Below are positions 1 through 9,484 of a stretch of DNA of 64,000 bases, piece after piece. The DNA lies in assembly GCA_963733295.1 (NCBI GenBank), contig CAVTCS010000003.1, positions 1,856,001 to 1,920,000 on the forward strand, read 5' to 3'. The notes beneath the pieces are model-generated. The model made no database searches. It was not told where the DNA came from and was given only the letters and a program-made list of their open reading frames with translations. The translations under genes and the position numbers were made by a program. The stretch's first letter is position 1; each line of letters opens with the position of its first letter. Source of the stretch: Vulcanimicrobiota bacterium (GTDB lineage: Bacteria > Vulcanimicrobiota > Vulcanimicrobiia > Vulcanimicrobiales > Vulcanimicrobiaceae).

Positions 1-1010
1 ACGTATTCGATCAGATCCCGAGTGAGCGTCGGATTCGCTGCTGCGTCGTAGCGAACCGCGGCGTAGAAGTGCGGCGTGATGAAGTATTTGAGCCGCACGT
101 AGCCGCCGCTCGAGTTGACGGGGGCGCCGGGACCGTTCGCGTCGTTGTCGCGCCCGAACCACTGCTGAGCCTCAAACTCCAGCTTGTCGCCGCGGAGGAA
201 CGCCGTTTGGAAGCCGAAGCCTTCGCGCGTGTAGGGGTCATCGAACGGTGCTAGCCCGGGTAAGTGAATCCCCCGTTGGCCTTCGAAAACCTCAGCGTTG
301 AGCGTCACATGGTTGTTGAGGATCGGGCCCTGCGCGAACAGTTCGATCTCGGGATGCGCCGCGACCGTTTCGGTTCCGGTGTCGACCGGCTTCCCGCCGT
401 ACGCCGAACCCTTGAATTCTCCCAGGGCGAAGCTGAACTCCAGCCGCATCGCGCCCACGACGCGTTCGCCTTCGAGCCCGAGCCGCGGCGCGCTCAGCGC
501 GAGGTCGTTTTGACCGACGGTCGTTCCCATATAGCCGTACTGGGTGATCGAATCGATTCGCTGAGCGAACGACTGCGTCAGTGGCAGCTCGTAGAGACCC
601 AGACGGTAGATCGTCTGCGTATGCTCGTTGTACGTTGCGAGATAACCGAGGAAGACGTTGGCGGGCGCGCCGTCAGATCCGAGACTGTAGTGAATGTAGG
701 CGGCGATGTCCCCGATGTTGGCTGCGCCGAGAATCGACGCCGCCGGCGAGAACCGGCGCGTACCGGATGCGGGGTCGTTCTCCCAGTCGAGGTTGTAACG
801 AATGGCAGCGATCGTCGTTCCGTAGGTTCGCACGCTCTTTGGAAGACGATAGCCGTGGTTGCGAAAGTACGTGCCGAACGCATTGAGCTCGGGCAGAGCC
901 GTATGACACTGCGTGCAGACGAAGTGATAGCGCTGTGCGAAGATCGGCATCGCATTCAGCGGCGCGCAAAGCGCCGCGAACGCGAGCAAAGCGAGGGCCG
1001 CTGTCTTCAC
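1..1010 (-). CDS. cyc2: Cyc2-like outer-membrane monoheme cytochrome c-porin fusion (3' end runs off the window)
   Basis: Manual translation from GTG at 1010: MKTAALALLAFAALCAPLNA|MPIFAQRYHFVCTQCHTALPELNAFGTYFRNHGY... Signal peptide, PxFA-x-CxxCH-x3-PxL-N-xFG motif, then beta-strand-like segments (GGYVRLKYFITPHFYAAVRYD). Frame is open to position 3. Not in the ORF track because no stop lies in the window. Confidence 0.8.
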   Translation of the reverse strand, partial: MKTAALALLAFAALCAPLNAMPIFAQRYHFVCTQCHTALPELNAFGTYFRNHGYRLPKSVRTYGTTIAAIRYNLDWENDPASGTRRFSPAASILGAANIGDIAAYIHYSLGSDGAPANVFLGYLATYNEHTQTIYRLGLYELPLTQSFAQRIDSITQYGYMGTTVGQNDLALSAPRLGLEGERVVGAMRLEFSFALGEFKGSAYGGKPVDTGTETVAAHPEIELFAQGPILNNHVTLNAEVFEGQRGIHLPGLAPFDDPYTREGFGFQTAFLRGDKLEFEAQQWFGRDNDANGPGAPVNSSGGYVRLKYFITPHFYAAVRYDAAANPTLTRDLIEY

Positions 1011-1026
1011 GCTGCGCGCGAACGTT

Positions 1027-1479
1027 CTATTGAACAACGATCACCGCTCTCATGGGCGTTCCGTAGTGGAAGAAACAGCCGAACATATACGTCCCCGCTT
1101 TGTCGGCGAGCAAGGTCTGGGACGTCGCGCCCGGCTCGATGATTCCGCTGGAGAATCCGCCCGAAATCGTCGTACCGCTTTGATTCGCGGCGCTGGAATC
1201 GAATGGGTAGGCCGTCGGGAAGGTCGAGCCCACGATGGAACTCGCCGTATGGCGAAAACCGTCGCTGTTCGTAAAGCGCACCGAGGTCCCGACCGCAATG
1301 GTCGTAACGAGTGGCTTGTAGCCTGCGCCGGCACCGGCGGGGGTCGGGCCGCCCGGATCGTTCGTGAGATTCACGTCGATCGTCGTGGCCGGACCCGAGC
1401 CCCCGCCTGTCACCGACGACGCGCCAGGGGTGCAACCGGCGCTAACGACGAGGACGCAGCAAAGCAAGGCTTTGAGCAT
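1027..1479 (-). CDS. Cupredoxin (type 1 blue copper) lipoprotein, plastocyanin/azurin family
   Basis: Lipobox-like VSAGC; N-terminal His (FRHTAS) and C-terminal C-x2-H-x4-M loop (GCFFHYGTPM); 16 bp upstream of the cyc2-like gene, same strand. Confidence 0.88.
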   Translation of the reverse strand: MLKALLCCVLVVSAGCTPGASSVTGGGSGPATTIDVNLTNDPGGPTPAGAGAGYKPLVTTIAVGTSVRFTNSDGFRHTASSIVGSTFPTAYPFDSSAANQSGTTISGGFSSGIIEPGATSQTLLADKAGTYMFGCFFHYGTPMRAVIVVQ

Positions 1480-1608
1480 GTTCGCAGACTAATTGGCCCG
1501 CGTTAGAAAAGTCTGAAGACCGGCGCGGAACTGTGACAGTCCGCACGACTGCCGGGGCCGCGGGACACTGCATCGATCTCGTGAATTAATCGCCTCGGAG
1601 GTCGATGC

Positions 1609-2757
1609 GTGAACCGTCTTGCAACCCTGGTCGTTTTCAGCGGCGTGTGTTCGACATTGTTGGCGTGCAGCGGCGGAGGCGGCACCCCGAGCGGGGGCGG
1701 TCCGACGCCTACGCCAAGGCCGACGTCGACCTCGTCATCGGGTCCGACGAGCACGCCCACGGGTCAGCCTTCGCCGACCTCGCACCCGAGCACGACGCCG
1801 TCCACGACACCGACGCCGTCCACGTCGGCGACGCCACTGCCGCCCGCAACGATTACGGAATATCCGCTCGCTTCGGTGACGGCGGATCCATATCAGATAA
1901 CGGGAGGCCCGGACGGCAATCTCTGGTTCACGTCGTTCTCCGCACACGGGCAAGTCGGCAAGTTCACGCCCTCGGGTGTCGAGACGGAGTATCCTTCGAC
2001 GACCAACGCTTTCGCGCAGCTCTCCGGTATCTCGGCGGGTCCCGCGGGCGACTCGAACCTTTGGTTTGCAACCTTTAGCCCGCCGAGCATCTCGAAGATG
2101 AGTACGAGCGGTGCGGTTACGACCTATTTGATTCCGACGCCGAGTCAGCCGGCGTTCGTCACGAAAGGTCCGGACGGGAACGTGTGGTTCACCGACAGCG
2201 ACGGTTTTGTCGGCAAGATCACGACGAGCGGCACGATCACGCGTTACGCCGTCAAATCGCCGAACGGGGAGACGGCGAACCCTGCCGGGATCGTTGCCGG
2301 CCGGGATGGCAATCTCTGGTTCGCCGACGAGAACGGCGCCATCGGCAAAGAATCGACGGGCGGCGTCGAGCTCGCAACGTACGCCACAGGTTCGCCTGGG
2401 AAAACGGAACCGCAAGGGATCGCGCTCGGACCCGACGGGAACCTGTGGTTCACCGACGCGTATGCAAACGCGATCGGAAAGATCACGACCGGCGGAACGA
2501 TCACCGATTACACGCTAACGCCGCCCCGCGGAATGACCACGAATCAGCCCGCTTCAATCGTGAATGGTCCCGACGGAAACGTCTGGTTTACCGAAGTGAC
2601 AGCCAACCGCATCGGCGTCATCACGCCTTCCGGGACAATCGCCGAATACGCCATCCCGACTCCCGTCAGCGGACCGTTCGGCATCGCGCTCGGGTCCGAT
2701 AACAACCTCTGGTTCACCGAGTTCAACTCGAGTCAGATCGGAAAGGTCGTTCCCTAG
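1609..2757 (+). CDS. Virginiamycin B lyase (Vgb)-like beta-propeller lipoprotein
   Basis: GGAGG RBS; lipobox LLACS, Pro/Thr linker, about 7 repeats of I-x-x-GPDGNLWFT. Confidence 0.85.
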   Translation: MNRLATLVVFSGVCSTLLACSGGGGTPSGGGPTPTPRPTSTSSSGPTSTPTGQPSPTSHPSTTPSTTPTPSTSATPLPPATITEYPLASVTADPYQITGGPDGNLWFTSFSAHGQVGKFTPSGVETEYPSTTNAFAQLSGISAGPAGDSNLWFATFSPPSISKMSTSGAVTTYLIPTPSQPAFVTKGPDGNVWFTDSDGFVGKITTSGTITRYAVKSPNGETANPAGIVAGRDGNLWFADENGAIGKESTGGVELATYATGSPGKTEPQGIALGPDGNLWFTDAYANAIGKITTGGTITDYTLTPPRGMTTNQPASIVNGPDGNVWFTEVTANRIGVITPSGTIAEYAIPTPVSGPFGIALGSDNNLWFTEFNSSQIGKVVP

Positions 2758-2779
2758 CCCGAGGCTGAAGCGCACTCCG

Positions 2780-3559
2780 ATGGTCTTCGCGGCTGAAGTT
2801 ATCCTCGCCGGGTTTTTGGTCGGTGTGCTGGTCGGAATGACCGGCGTCGGCGGAGGGGCGCTGATGGCTCCCGTTCTTCTCCTGCTGTTCAAGTTGAATC
2901 CGCTGATCGTGGTGGGTACGGACTTGTTCTATAACGCACCGACGAAAATCGTCGGCGCGATCGCGCATGCTCGACAGGGAACCCTCGATCGCCCCGTGGC
3001 GGTCAACCTGGCCTGCGGAGGCATCGCCGGCGTGCTCTTCGCCGTGGCCGGCCTGCAGTATGTGGGGCGCCACGCCGGATTCGATGGGCTCGCGGCGCTC
3101 GCGCGTCACTGGATCGGCTTAGCGATTTGCCTCTCGGCGATCCTGACGGTGCTGCCCATCTTCTGGCGAAACGCGCTCGAAAACCAACCGGAACGCGCAC
3201 CGCATCGCGGCATGCTCGTCGGACTCGGTGCGCTGGTGGGAGCCATCGTAACGGCCACCTCGGTCGGAGCGGGCGCGATAACGATGCCGCTGCTCTGCCT
3301 GATGCTGCGGCGCTCGAAAATCGCGACGCTAGTCGGAAGCGACCTGGCCTTTTCCGCAGTCATATCCGCCGCCGGCGCCGTGTTCTATTTCTCCGCGGGC
3401 CTGATCGCGCTGAAGATCGGCCTGCTTCTACTCGTAGGCTCGACTGCGGGCGTACTCCTCGGAAGCCGGCTAAGCTTCCGCATCGGCGATCTCTATCTCA
3501 GGCCGGTCGTCGGCGCAATGCTCTTCTTCGTCGGCGCCCGCCTTTATCTCACGGCGTAG
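2780..3559 (+). CDS. Sulfite exporter TauE/SafE family membrane protein
   Basis: GFLVGVLVGMTGVGGGALMAP and TSVGAG..VGSDL repeats; about 8 TM segments. Confidence 0.9.
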   Translation: MVFAAEVILAGFLVGVLVGMTGVGGGALMAPVLLLLFKLNPLIVVGTDLFYNAPTKIVGAIAHARQGTLDRPVAVNLACGGIAGVLFAVAGLQYVGRHAGFDGLAALARHWIGLAICLSAILTVLPIFWRNALENQPERAPHRGMLVGLGALVGAIVTATSVGAGAITMPLLCLMLRRSKIATLVGSDLAFSAVISAAGAVFYFSAGLIALKIGLLLLVGSTAGVLLGSRLSFRIGDLYLRPVVGAMLFFVGARLYLTA

Positions 3560-4718
3560 AATCGCCAGCGAGCCGATCGCGGTACGCATCGCGTTCTTCC
3601 GACGGGCGTTTTGCCAAAAGTGCGCCGCGCAAGCGGTTGCCTTCACGATATTCGACGACGAAGGAACCGCTTTGGAGCGTCCCTTGGACGATCTTCGATT
3701 CCGGGGTCGGATCGCCGACGAATTCAAAGCTGAGCTCGAAGACGTCCGACCAAAAGAAGGGGACGTAGCGATAGGGCTGATCGGCGCCGGCCATGTTGGA
3801 ACCGGCAGCCGCGCCGGACGAATAGGCATTGTCGAAGTGCTCGACGCGGATGAGGTGTCCCTCGATGCCGGGGAATCGCGCGACGTCGCCCGCGGCATAG
3901 ATGCCGGATGCCGAGGTGCGCAAACGATCGTCGACCACGATGCCATCGTCGACCCGCAGTCCGGCTGTTTGCGCGAGTGCGGTGTCGGCCGTCACGCCGA
4001 TACCAATGACGACCGCGCCCGCCTCGATCCGTCGACCGTTGCTGAGGTTCACGTACCGCACGCGCTCGTTGCCCTCGATCGAGGTGACCGTCGTGTGGAA
4101 GATTATCGACACGCCGTGCTCATCGAAGAGCGACTTCGCATACCCAGAAACCTCTGCGCCGAAGCGGCTATATAACGTACCCGTTCTCTCCACCACGGTT
4201 ACCTCGCAGCCGCCGCTGCGCAGCGACGCCGCAACCTCCATCCCGATGAAACCGCTGCCGACCAACACGACGCGCTCCGCGCTCGACCGCACGCCGCGCA
4301 GACGTTCCGCATCCAAGTAGGTGCGCAGCGTGTAGACGCCGTCCAGATCGACGCCCGGAATCTCGAGCGCACGCGGAATCGCGCCCGTTGCCAGCAGCAA
4401 ATGCCGGTACGCCACCTCGCCGGCCTTGGTCTCGAGAACCTTGCGCGCCGGATCGATCCGCAGGATCTCTACGCCGGAGTGCAGCTCGACGTTTTTCTCG
4501 AGATACCAAGAGGCTGGAAACATCAAGGCGTCAGCGAGCGGAGCGTGGTTCTGCAGAAACTCTTTGGACAGCGGCGGGCGCTGGTACGGCGGCGCCCACT
4601 CCCGCGTGAAGATCGCAACCGACGCGCTTGGATCGCGCCCGCGTATCGCCTCGGCCGCCGTCGCCGTAGCCGCACCACCGCCGACGATCGCATACTCGAA
4701 CGTGTGCGGCATTCTCAT
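3549..4718 (-). CDS. FAD/NAD(P)-dependent ferredoxin reductase-type oxidoreductase
   Basis: IVGGG, PYQRPPLSK, LLLATGA, VGSGFIGME, IYAAGDVA, VPFFWSD motifs. Confidence 0.9.
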   Translation of the reverse strand: MRMPHTFEYAIVGGGAATATAAEAIRGRDPSASVAIFTREWAPPYQRPPLSKEFLQNHAPLADALMFPASWYLEKNVELHSGVEILRIDPARKVLETKAGEVAYRHLLLATGAIPRALEIPGVDLDGVYTLRTYLDAERLRGVRSSAERVVLVGSGFIGMEVAASLRSGGCEVTVVERTGTLYSRFGAEVSGYAKSLFDEHGVSIIFHTTVTSIEGNERVRYVNLSNGRRIEAGAVVIGIGVTADTALAQTAGLRVDDGIVVDDRLRTSASGIYAAGDVARFPGIEGHLIRVEHFDNAYSSGAAAGSNMAGADQPYRYVPFFWSDVFELSFEFVGDPTPESKIVQGTLQSGSFVVEYREGNRLRGALLAKRPSEERDAYRDRLAGDSTP

Positions 4719-4736
4719 CTACTCCTTAGGCCGGAA

Positions 4737-5465
4737 CTAGGCGACGTCGGTGAGGCCCATGAGGGTGCCGATGCGCGCTTTGTCCGCGAGGAGCTGCTCG
4801 GCCGGTCCTTCGTACACGACGCGGCCGTCGTCGATAACGTAGGCGCGCTGCGAGACCTTGAGCGCGAGCAACGCGTTTTGCTCGACGAGCAGAATGGAGA
4901 CGCCGCTGTCGCGCAACTCTTCGATCGTCTTGTAGAGCTCGATGACGATGATCGGAGCAAGCCCTTGCGAGGGTTCATCGACCAAGAGCAGATCCGGATT
5001 TCCGACGAGGGCGCGAGCGATCGCGAGCATTTCTTGCTCGCCGCCCGAGAGTTTGCCGGACTTGCGGCCGCGTAACTCGGCGAGTTTTGGGAAGCGTTCG
5101 AGCGCGCGGTCGATCGTCCAACCGCCTGCGACCTGACCGCGTTCGGCAAGTTGCAACGACTCGAGCGTCGTGAGCGCGCCGAACATCTGTCGCCCCTCGG
5201 GCACGTAGCCGATTCCCATTTGGGATACGCGGTGCGTCGGCATCCCACGCGTCTCGGTTCCCTTAAAGCGAATCGAACCGGAACGTGCCTGCGTCAGGCC
5301 GAGGATGCTGCGAAGCGTCGTCGTCTTGCCTGCACCGTTGAGGCCGAGCAGCGCGACGATCTCGCCCGGCGCGACCTTGAGCGAGACCCCCCGCAGGATG
5401 TGGCTCTTGCCGTAGTACGTGTGGACACCCTCGACGTCGAGCAGCGGCATCGCGTTCTCAGACAT
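4737..5465 (-). CDS. livF: Branched-chain amino acid-type ABC transporter ATPase (LivF-like)
   Basis: GLNGAGKTT, LSGGEQEMLAIARAL, DEPSQGLAP, VEQN. Confidence 0.9.
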   Translation of the reverse strand: MSENAMPLLDVEGVHTYYGKSHILRGVSLKVAPGEIVALLGLNGAGKTTTLRSILGLTQARSGSIRFKGTETRGMPTHRVSQMGIGYVPEGRQMFGALTTLESLQLAERGQVAGGWTIDRALERFPKLAELRGRKSGKLSGGEQEMLAIARALVGNPDLLLVDEPSQGLAPIIVIELYKTIEELRDSGVSILLVEQNALLALKVSQRAYVIDDGRVVYEGPAEQLLADKARIGTLMGLTDVA

Positions 5466-6237
5466 TCGCGACTTCCTCCGCGCCGAGATAGGCGTCGCGA
5501 ACTTCCCGATCGCTCAAGACTTCAGCCGGCGTGCCTCGCCGCAACACGCTTCCGCGGTTCATGACCATCACCATTTGCGCGAGAGCCGAGACGAAACGCA
5601 TGTTGTGCTCGACGAATACCACCGTCAACCCGAGGCGCGCGTGCAGGTCGCGCACGACCTCCATCACCCGGCTCGTATCCGCTTGTGCGAGGCCCGCAGT
5701 CGGTTCGTCGAGCAGAATCAGTTCCGGCGAAGCGGAAAGGCACATCGCGATCTCGCACAAACGTTGACTGCCGTGCGAGAGCGCGGCGACCTGCCGGTTC
5801 TTCACGCGCTGCAGATTCACGAACCCGAGCAGCTCGTCGACGCGCTCGTCCACGCGAGCTCGCAGCGATTTGCCGAGAACCCGCGCGCGCCCGGCGAGCG
5901 ACATTTGACTGTGCACGCCGACGAGGACGTTTTCCTCGACCGTGAGCTCCGGGAAGACGCTCGGCGTTTGAAAAGTACGGCTCATTCCAAGACGAACGCG
6001 CGCGTAGTTCGGTATGCGCGTGATCTCCTCACCGCGAAACGAAACGCGCCCCGCGTCCGGATAGAAATATCCGCTGAGCGCGTTGAAGAAGCTCGTCTTT
6101 CCCGCCCCGTTGGGACCGATGATGGCGTAGATCTCGCGCTCGTGAACGGTGATGTCGACGCCTACCACGGCGTGCACGCCGCCGAACGAGAGCGAGACGT
6201 TCTCGGCCGACAGCATCACCGGCGCGGCTTCGCCCAT
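5458..6237 (-). CDS. livG: Branched-chain amino acid-type ABC transporter ATPase (LivG-like)
   Basis: GPNGAGKTS, RTFQ, LSHGSQR, DEPTAGL, VEHNM, AYLG. Confidence 0.9.
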   Translation of the reverse strand: MGEAAPVMLSAENVSLSFGGVHAVVGVDITVHEREIYAIIGPNGAGKTSFFNALSGYFYPDAGRVSFRGEEITRIPNYARVRLGMSRTFQTPSVFPELTVEENVLVGVHSQMSLAGRARVLGKSLRARVDERVDELLGFVNLQRVKNRQVAALSHGSQRLCEIAMCLSASPELILLDEPTAGLAQADTSRVMEVVRDLHARLGLTVVFVEHNMRFVSALAQMVMVMNRGSVLRRGTPAEVLSDREVRDAYLGAEEVANV

Positions 6238-7256
6238 TAGCCTTGGCGCTCCACAAGGACGGCCGGTTCGCGCCGCTCGATCGCCTCCTCAGGAATATCC
6301 TCGACGTCTTCAACTTGCGCCGAGCGCAGCATCGCCCCGATGCCGAGGATGCCCTTGGGGAAGAACAGCACGCAGAGCACGAAGGTCGCGCCGATGATGA
6401 TCTGCCAGGTCTGCGTCCAGCTGCTCAGCACGTTTGCCGCGAGCGTGTAGATGACCGCACCCAAGAACGGGCCCCAGAGCGTTCCTGATCCGCCCAAAAT
6501 CACCATCATCACGAAGTCGCCCGATTGGTGCCAGTCGAGCAACAGCGGATAGGCGAAGTTGATCGACATCGAGTAGAGCGAACCCGCAACCCCCGCGATC
6601 AGGCCAGAAATTCCGAGCGCCCGGAGGATCATCCGGTCGCTGTTGATCGCGAGATAACGGACTCGGATTTCGTTTTGGCTGATCGCGCGGAGGGTGAGCC
6701 CGAACGGCGAGCGCACCAGGTACCAGAGGAGAACCATCACGATCACAAACGCGACCAGGACGTAGTAGTAGTACGCGATGCCGTCGAGGCTCACGCCGTG
6801 CGCGCCGAAGAGGTTCGGCCGCGTGATCGAAAAACCGTCCTCGCCGCCCGTCACGTCGCTCCAGCGATATGCGATGAAATAGTAGACCTGGCCGAACGCG
6901 ACCGTCAACAAAGCGAAGTAGATTCCCCGGCGGCGAATCAAGAACGGTCCCAAGATGAGCGCCGAAGCCAGTCCTGCGAGCGCGCCGACGGCCGTCGCGA
7001 CGAGCATGTTGTCGGGCATGATGTAGTGCGAGAACAGAGCCGACCCGTACGCACCGACGCCGAAGAACGCCGCGTTGCCGAATGCCATCATGCCCGTGTA
7101 GCCGACCAGAACGTTGACGCTGGCGGCGGCGAGCCCGAAAAGCAGCAGCGTCGTTCCAAGCGAAATGTTCAGTTTGATCGCCGGCATGATCGCCGGGAGC
7201 GCCAGCAACCCGATCGCGAGCAGCGACATTCCCACGGCGTTCATGGCCCTGGTCAT
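6237..7256 (-). CDS. livM: Branched-chain amino acid-type ABC transporter permease (LivM-like)
   Basis: GYTGMMAFGNAAFFG, IYFALLTVAF, TGGEDG, VILGGSGTLWGP. Confidence 0.9.
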   Translation of the reverse strand: MTRAMNAVGMSLLAIGLLALPAIMPAIKLNISLGTTLLLFGLAAASVNVLVGYTGMMAFGNAAFFGVGAYGSALFSHYIMPDNMLVATAVGALAGLASALILGPFLIRRRGIYFALLTVAFGQVYYFIAYRWSDVTGGEDGFSITRPNLFGAHGVSLDGIAYYYYVLVAFVIVMVLLWYLVRSPFGLTLRAISQNEIRVRYLAINSDRMILRALGISGLIAGVAGSLYSMSINFAYPLLLDWHQSGDFVMMVILGGSGTLWGPFLGAVIYTLAANVLSSWTQTWQIIIGATFVLCVLFFPKGILGIGAMLRSAQVEDVEDIPEEAIERREPAVLVERQG

Positions 7257-8125
7257 CCGAAGATGCCCTCTTCGCCGAACAGGCCGCGTGGTCGCACGAA
7301 CAACACCGCCGCCATGAGGACGTACATGACAATCTCGGAAAACGCCGGCAAGTAGAGCGTCGTCACGCTGATCCCGAGCCCGAGCAACAAGCCGCCTACG
7401 ACGCAGCCCGCCAGGCTACCCATGCCTCCGATGACGACCGTAATGAAGGCCGGCATCAGCAGCGCGTTGCCCATCGTCGGCGAGAGTCCGAGTAACCCGG
7501 CCGCGAGGATGCCGGCAATCGCGGCCAGCAAGATCCCGATCCCGAAGTTCGTCATGTAGAGCAGTTGGGTGTTGATTCCGAGCGCCGCCATCATCTCGGC
7601 GTTCTGAACCGCACCGCGAAGGCGCAGACCCGTACGCGTCCTATACAGGAAGAGCAAGAGCAGCACCATGACGATCGCGAGTGCCGCCATGATCATGAGA
7701 CGATACGTCGGGAGAAAAATGTCACCGATCTGCGTCGACCCCTGCATATAGGCGGGCGGCGAGAACGGCACCGACTGCGGACCCCAGATAAGTCGAAACG
7801 ATTCTTCCGCAATCAGGGCCAGCCCGAACGTCAGCAAGAGACTGTAGAGCGGAATGCGTTTGTAGAGCGGCGAGATCAGCATTCGCTCGACGACGAGGCC
7901 GACGATGACCGTGAGAATCGCCGCGATGCCGAGCGCCAGCCAGAAATTCATCCCGCGTGAGAGAAGCGCAAACGCGAAGTAGCCGGCTAGCGTCAGGAAC
8001 GACCCGTGGGCGAGATTGATGGTCCCTGTGAGGTTCATGATAAGCGAGAGCCCGATCGCGACGATCGCGTAGAAGGCCCCGAGGACGATGCCGTTCACGA
8101 GCTCCGGAACGAGGCGCTCTAGCAT
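7253..8125 (-). CDS. livH: Branched-chain amino acid-type ABC transporter permease (LivH-like)
   Basis: NGIVLGAFYAIVAIGLSL, INLAHG, VVIGGMGSL, RPRGLFG. Confidence 0.9.
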   Translation of the reverse strand: MLERLVPELVNGIVLGAFYAIVAIGLSLIMNLTGTINLAHGSFLTLAGYFAFALLSRGMNFWLALGIAAILTVIVGLVVERMLISPLYKRIPLYSLLLTFGLALIAEESFRLIWGPQSVPFSPPAYMQGSTQIGDIFLPTYRLMIMAALAIVMVLLLLFLYRTRTGLRLRGAVQNAEMMAALGINTQLLYMTNFGIGILLAAIAGILAAGLLGLSPTMGNALLMPAFITVVIGGMGSLAGCVVGGLLLGLGISVTTLYLPAFSEIVMYVLMAAVLFVRPRGLFGEEGIFG

Positions 8126-8182
8126 GCGGGCTCCTTGATCATCCTGCCGGACGGCGACCCTTCGCCGCCCGGCAGGTGGAAT

Positions 8183-9454
8183 TTACGAAGGATAGCCGAG
8201 GTTGCAGATCTTCGCCTGATCCTCGGCAGACTTTTCGATTTTCTCGCCGTCCTGAGCGTCGAGTACGTTGAAGATGTCCTTGGGATCGCTGGCGGTCCCT
8301 CCGGCGCGAACGTTTCCAAACCACATCGGCCAGATCAGCTGGTGATCGACCGAACGATAGTACGCCGTGCCCTCACAGAGCGCATCGAAGTGCTTGTCTT
8401 CGAGCGCTTTGCAGATTTTGACCGCGTCGGTGCCCTTGGCTTGATCGATTGCATCCATCATGCGGCTGGCGGTGATGTAGCCGAAGGCGCTGCGCGCGGT
8501 CGGCGGTTCGCCAAACCTCACCGTGTAGTCGTGAACGAATGCGTGCGCAGGCGAGTTCGCCTTCCCGAGCACCATGTCGCTCTTGTAGTACCACTCGAAA
8601 CCCCAATAGCCGACCTGCGCCTCCTTGGGAAGCGACCAGAAGACTTCGAGTTCGCCTTGCGGGCCGGCGACCGGAATGCGCTTGAGCAGTCCAAACGAGT
8701 TGGCTTGTTTGAGGCAGTTGATCAAGTCGTCGCCCTGCACCATCGCGATAAGACAGTCCGGCTTCGCATTGAGCACTTTCGTGAGATAGGCGCTAAAGTC
8801 GCTCGTCCCGAGCGGGGTCAGATCGTCGCCGACGATTTGGATGCCGAGTTTTGACTCGAGATCCTTGTAACCGGTCTCGAGCGAGTGGCCGAACGCATAG
8901 TCCGGGGTGATAAAGTACCACTTCTTGCCGAACCTTTTCGCGATGGACAGTCCGGTCGCGTGTGTCTCCATCCACGTACTGTGGCACGTTCGAAACGTCG
9001 TCCAGTGACATTGCGAGCCCGTCACCGTATCGGTATGACCGCCCGAGTCGATGTACGGCTTGCGGGCTTCGAAGGCAACGTTGCTCGTCGCTTGCGAGAC
9101 GGCGCTGTTGAGAGTTCCGATCAACGCATCGACTTTGTCCACTTGAAAGAGCTTGCGGGCTTTCTCGACTGCGGTTCCCGGATTGTTTTGGTTATCTTCG
9201 ATGATCAGCCTGACCTGACGGCCGCCCAGGAGGCCGCCCTTCGCGTTCCGTGCGTCGACGGCCATCTGCATTCCGCGAACTTCGTTCTTCGCCGGATACG
9301 CGTAGACGCCGGTTAGTTCTTCACTTACACCGAGGTTGATCGCTTCCGCAGCAGCGCTGCGTTTAGGAATGAAAACGGGGACGCCGGCAACCAGTCCGGC
9401 CGTTGCTGCAGCCGATACTTTGATGAACCGGCGGCGTGACTGAGATCGCTGCAC
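8183..9454 (-). CDS. ABC transporter substrate-binding protein, Leu/Ile/Val-binding (PBP type 1) family, Tat-exported; ligand unknown
   Basis: Twin-arginine signal SRRRFIK; GGLLGG, TPDYAFGH, PLGTSDFSAYL; GGAGG RBS before GTG. Confidence 0.88.
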   Translation of the reverse strand: MQRSQSRRRFIKVSAAATAGLVAGVPVFIPKRSAAAEAINLGVSEELTGVYAYPAKNEVRGMQMAVDARNAKGGLLGGRQVRLIIEDNQNNPGTAVEKARKLFQVDKVDALIGTLNSAVSQATSNVAFEARKPYIDSGGHTDTVTGSQCHWTTFRTCHSTWMETHATGLSIAKRFGKKWYFITPDYAFGHSLETGYKDLESKLGIQIVGDDLTPLGTSDFSAYLTKVLNAKPDCLIAMVQGDDLINCLKQANSFGLLKRIPVAGPQGELEVFWSLPKEAQVGYWGFEWYYKSDMVLGKANSPAHAFVHDYTVRFGEPPTARSAFGYITASRMMDAIDQAKGTDAVKICKALEDKHFDALCEGTAYYRSVDHQLIWPMWFGNVRAGGTASDPKDIFNVLDAQDGEKIEKSAEDQAKICNLGYPS

Positions 9455-9484
9455 GTGAACCTCCGAAAATCACGAAAAGGACGA

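Noticed and set aside
264..1142. 292-aa plus-strand ORF
   Set aside because: Antisense shadow in the codon register of the cyc2-like gene; no motifs.
1027..1479. Calling the cupredoxin rusticyanin
   Set aside because: The ligand loop is C-x2-H-x4-M, not the C-x4-H-x4-M of rusticyanin.
1860..2750. Regular DNA repeats suggestive of an array
   Set aside because: They encode beta-propeller blades; not CRISPR.
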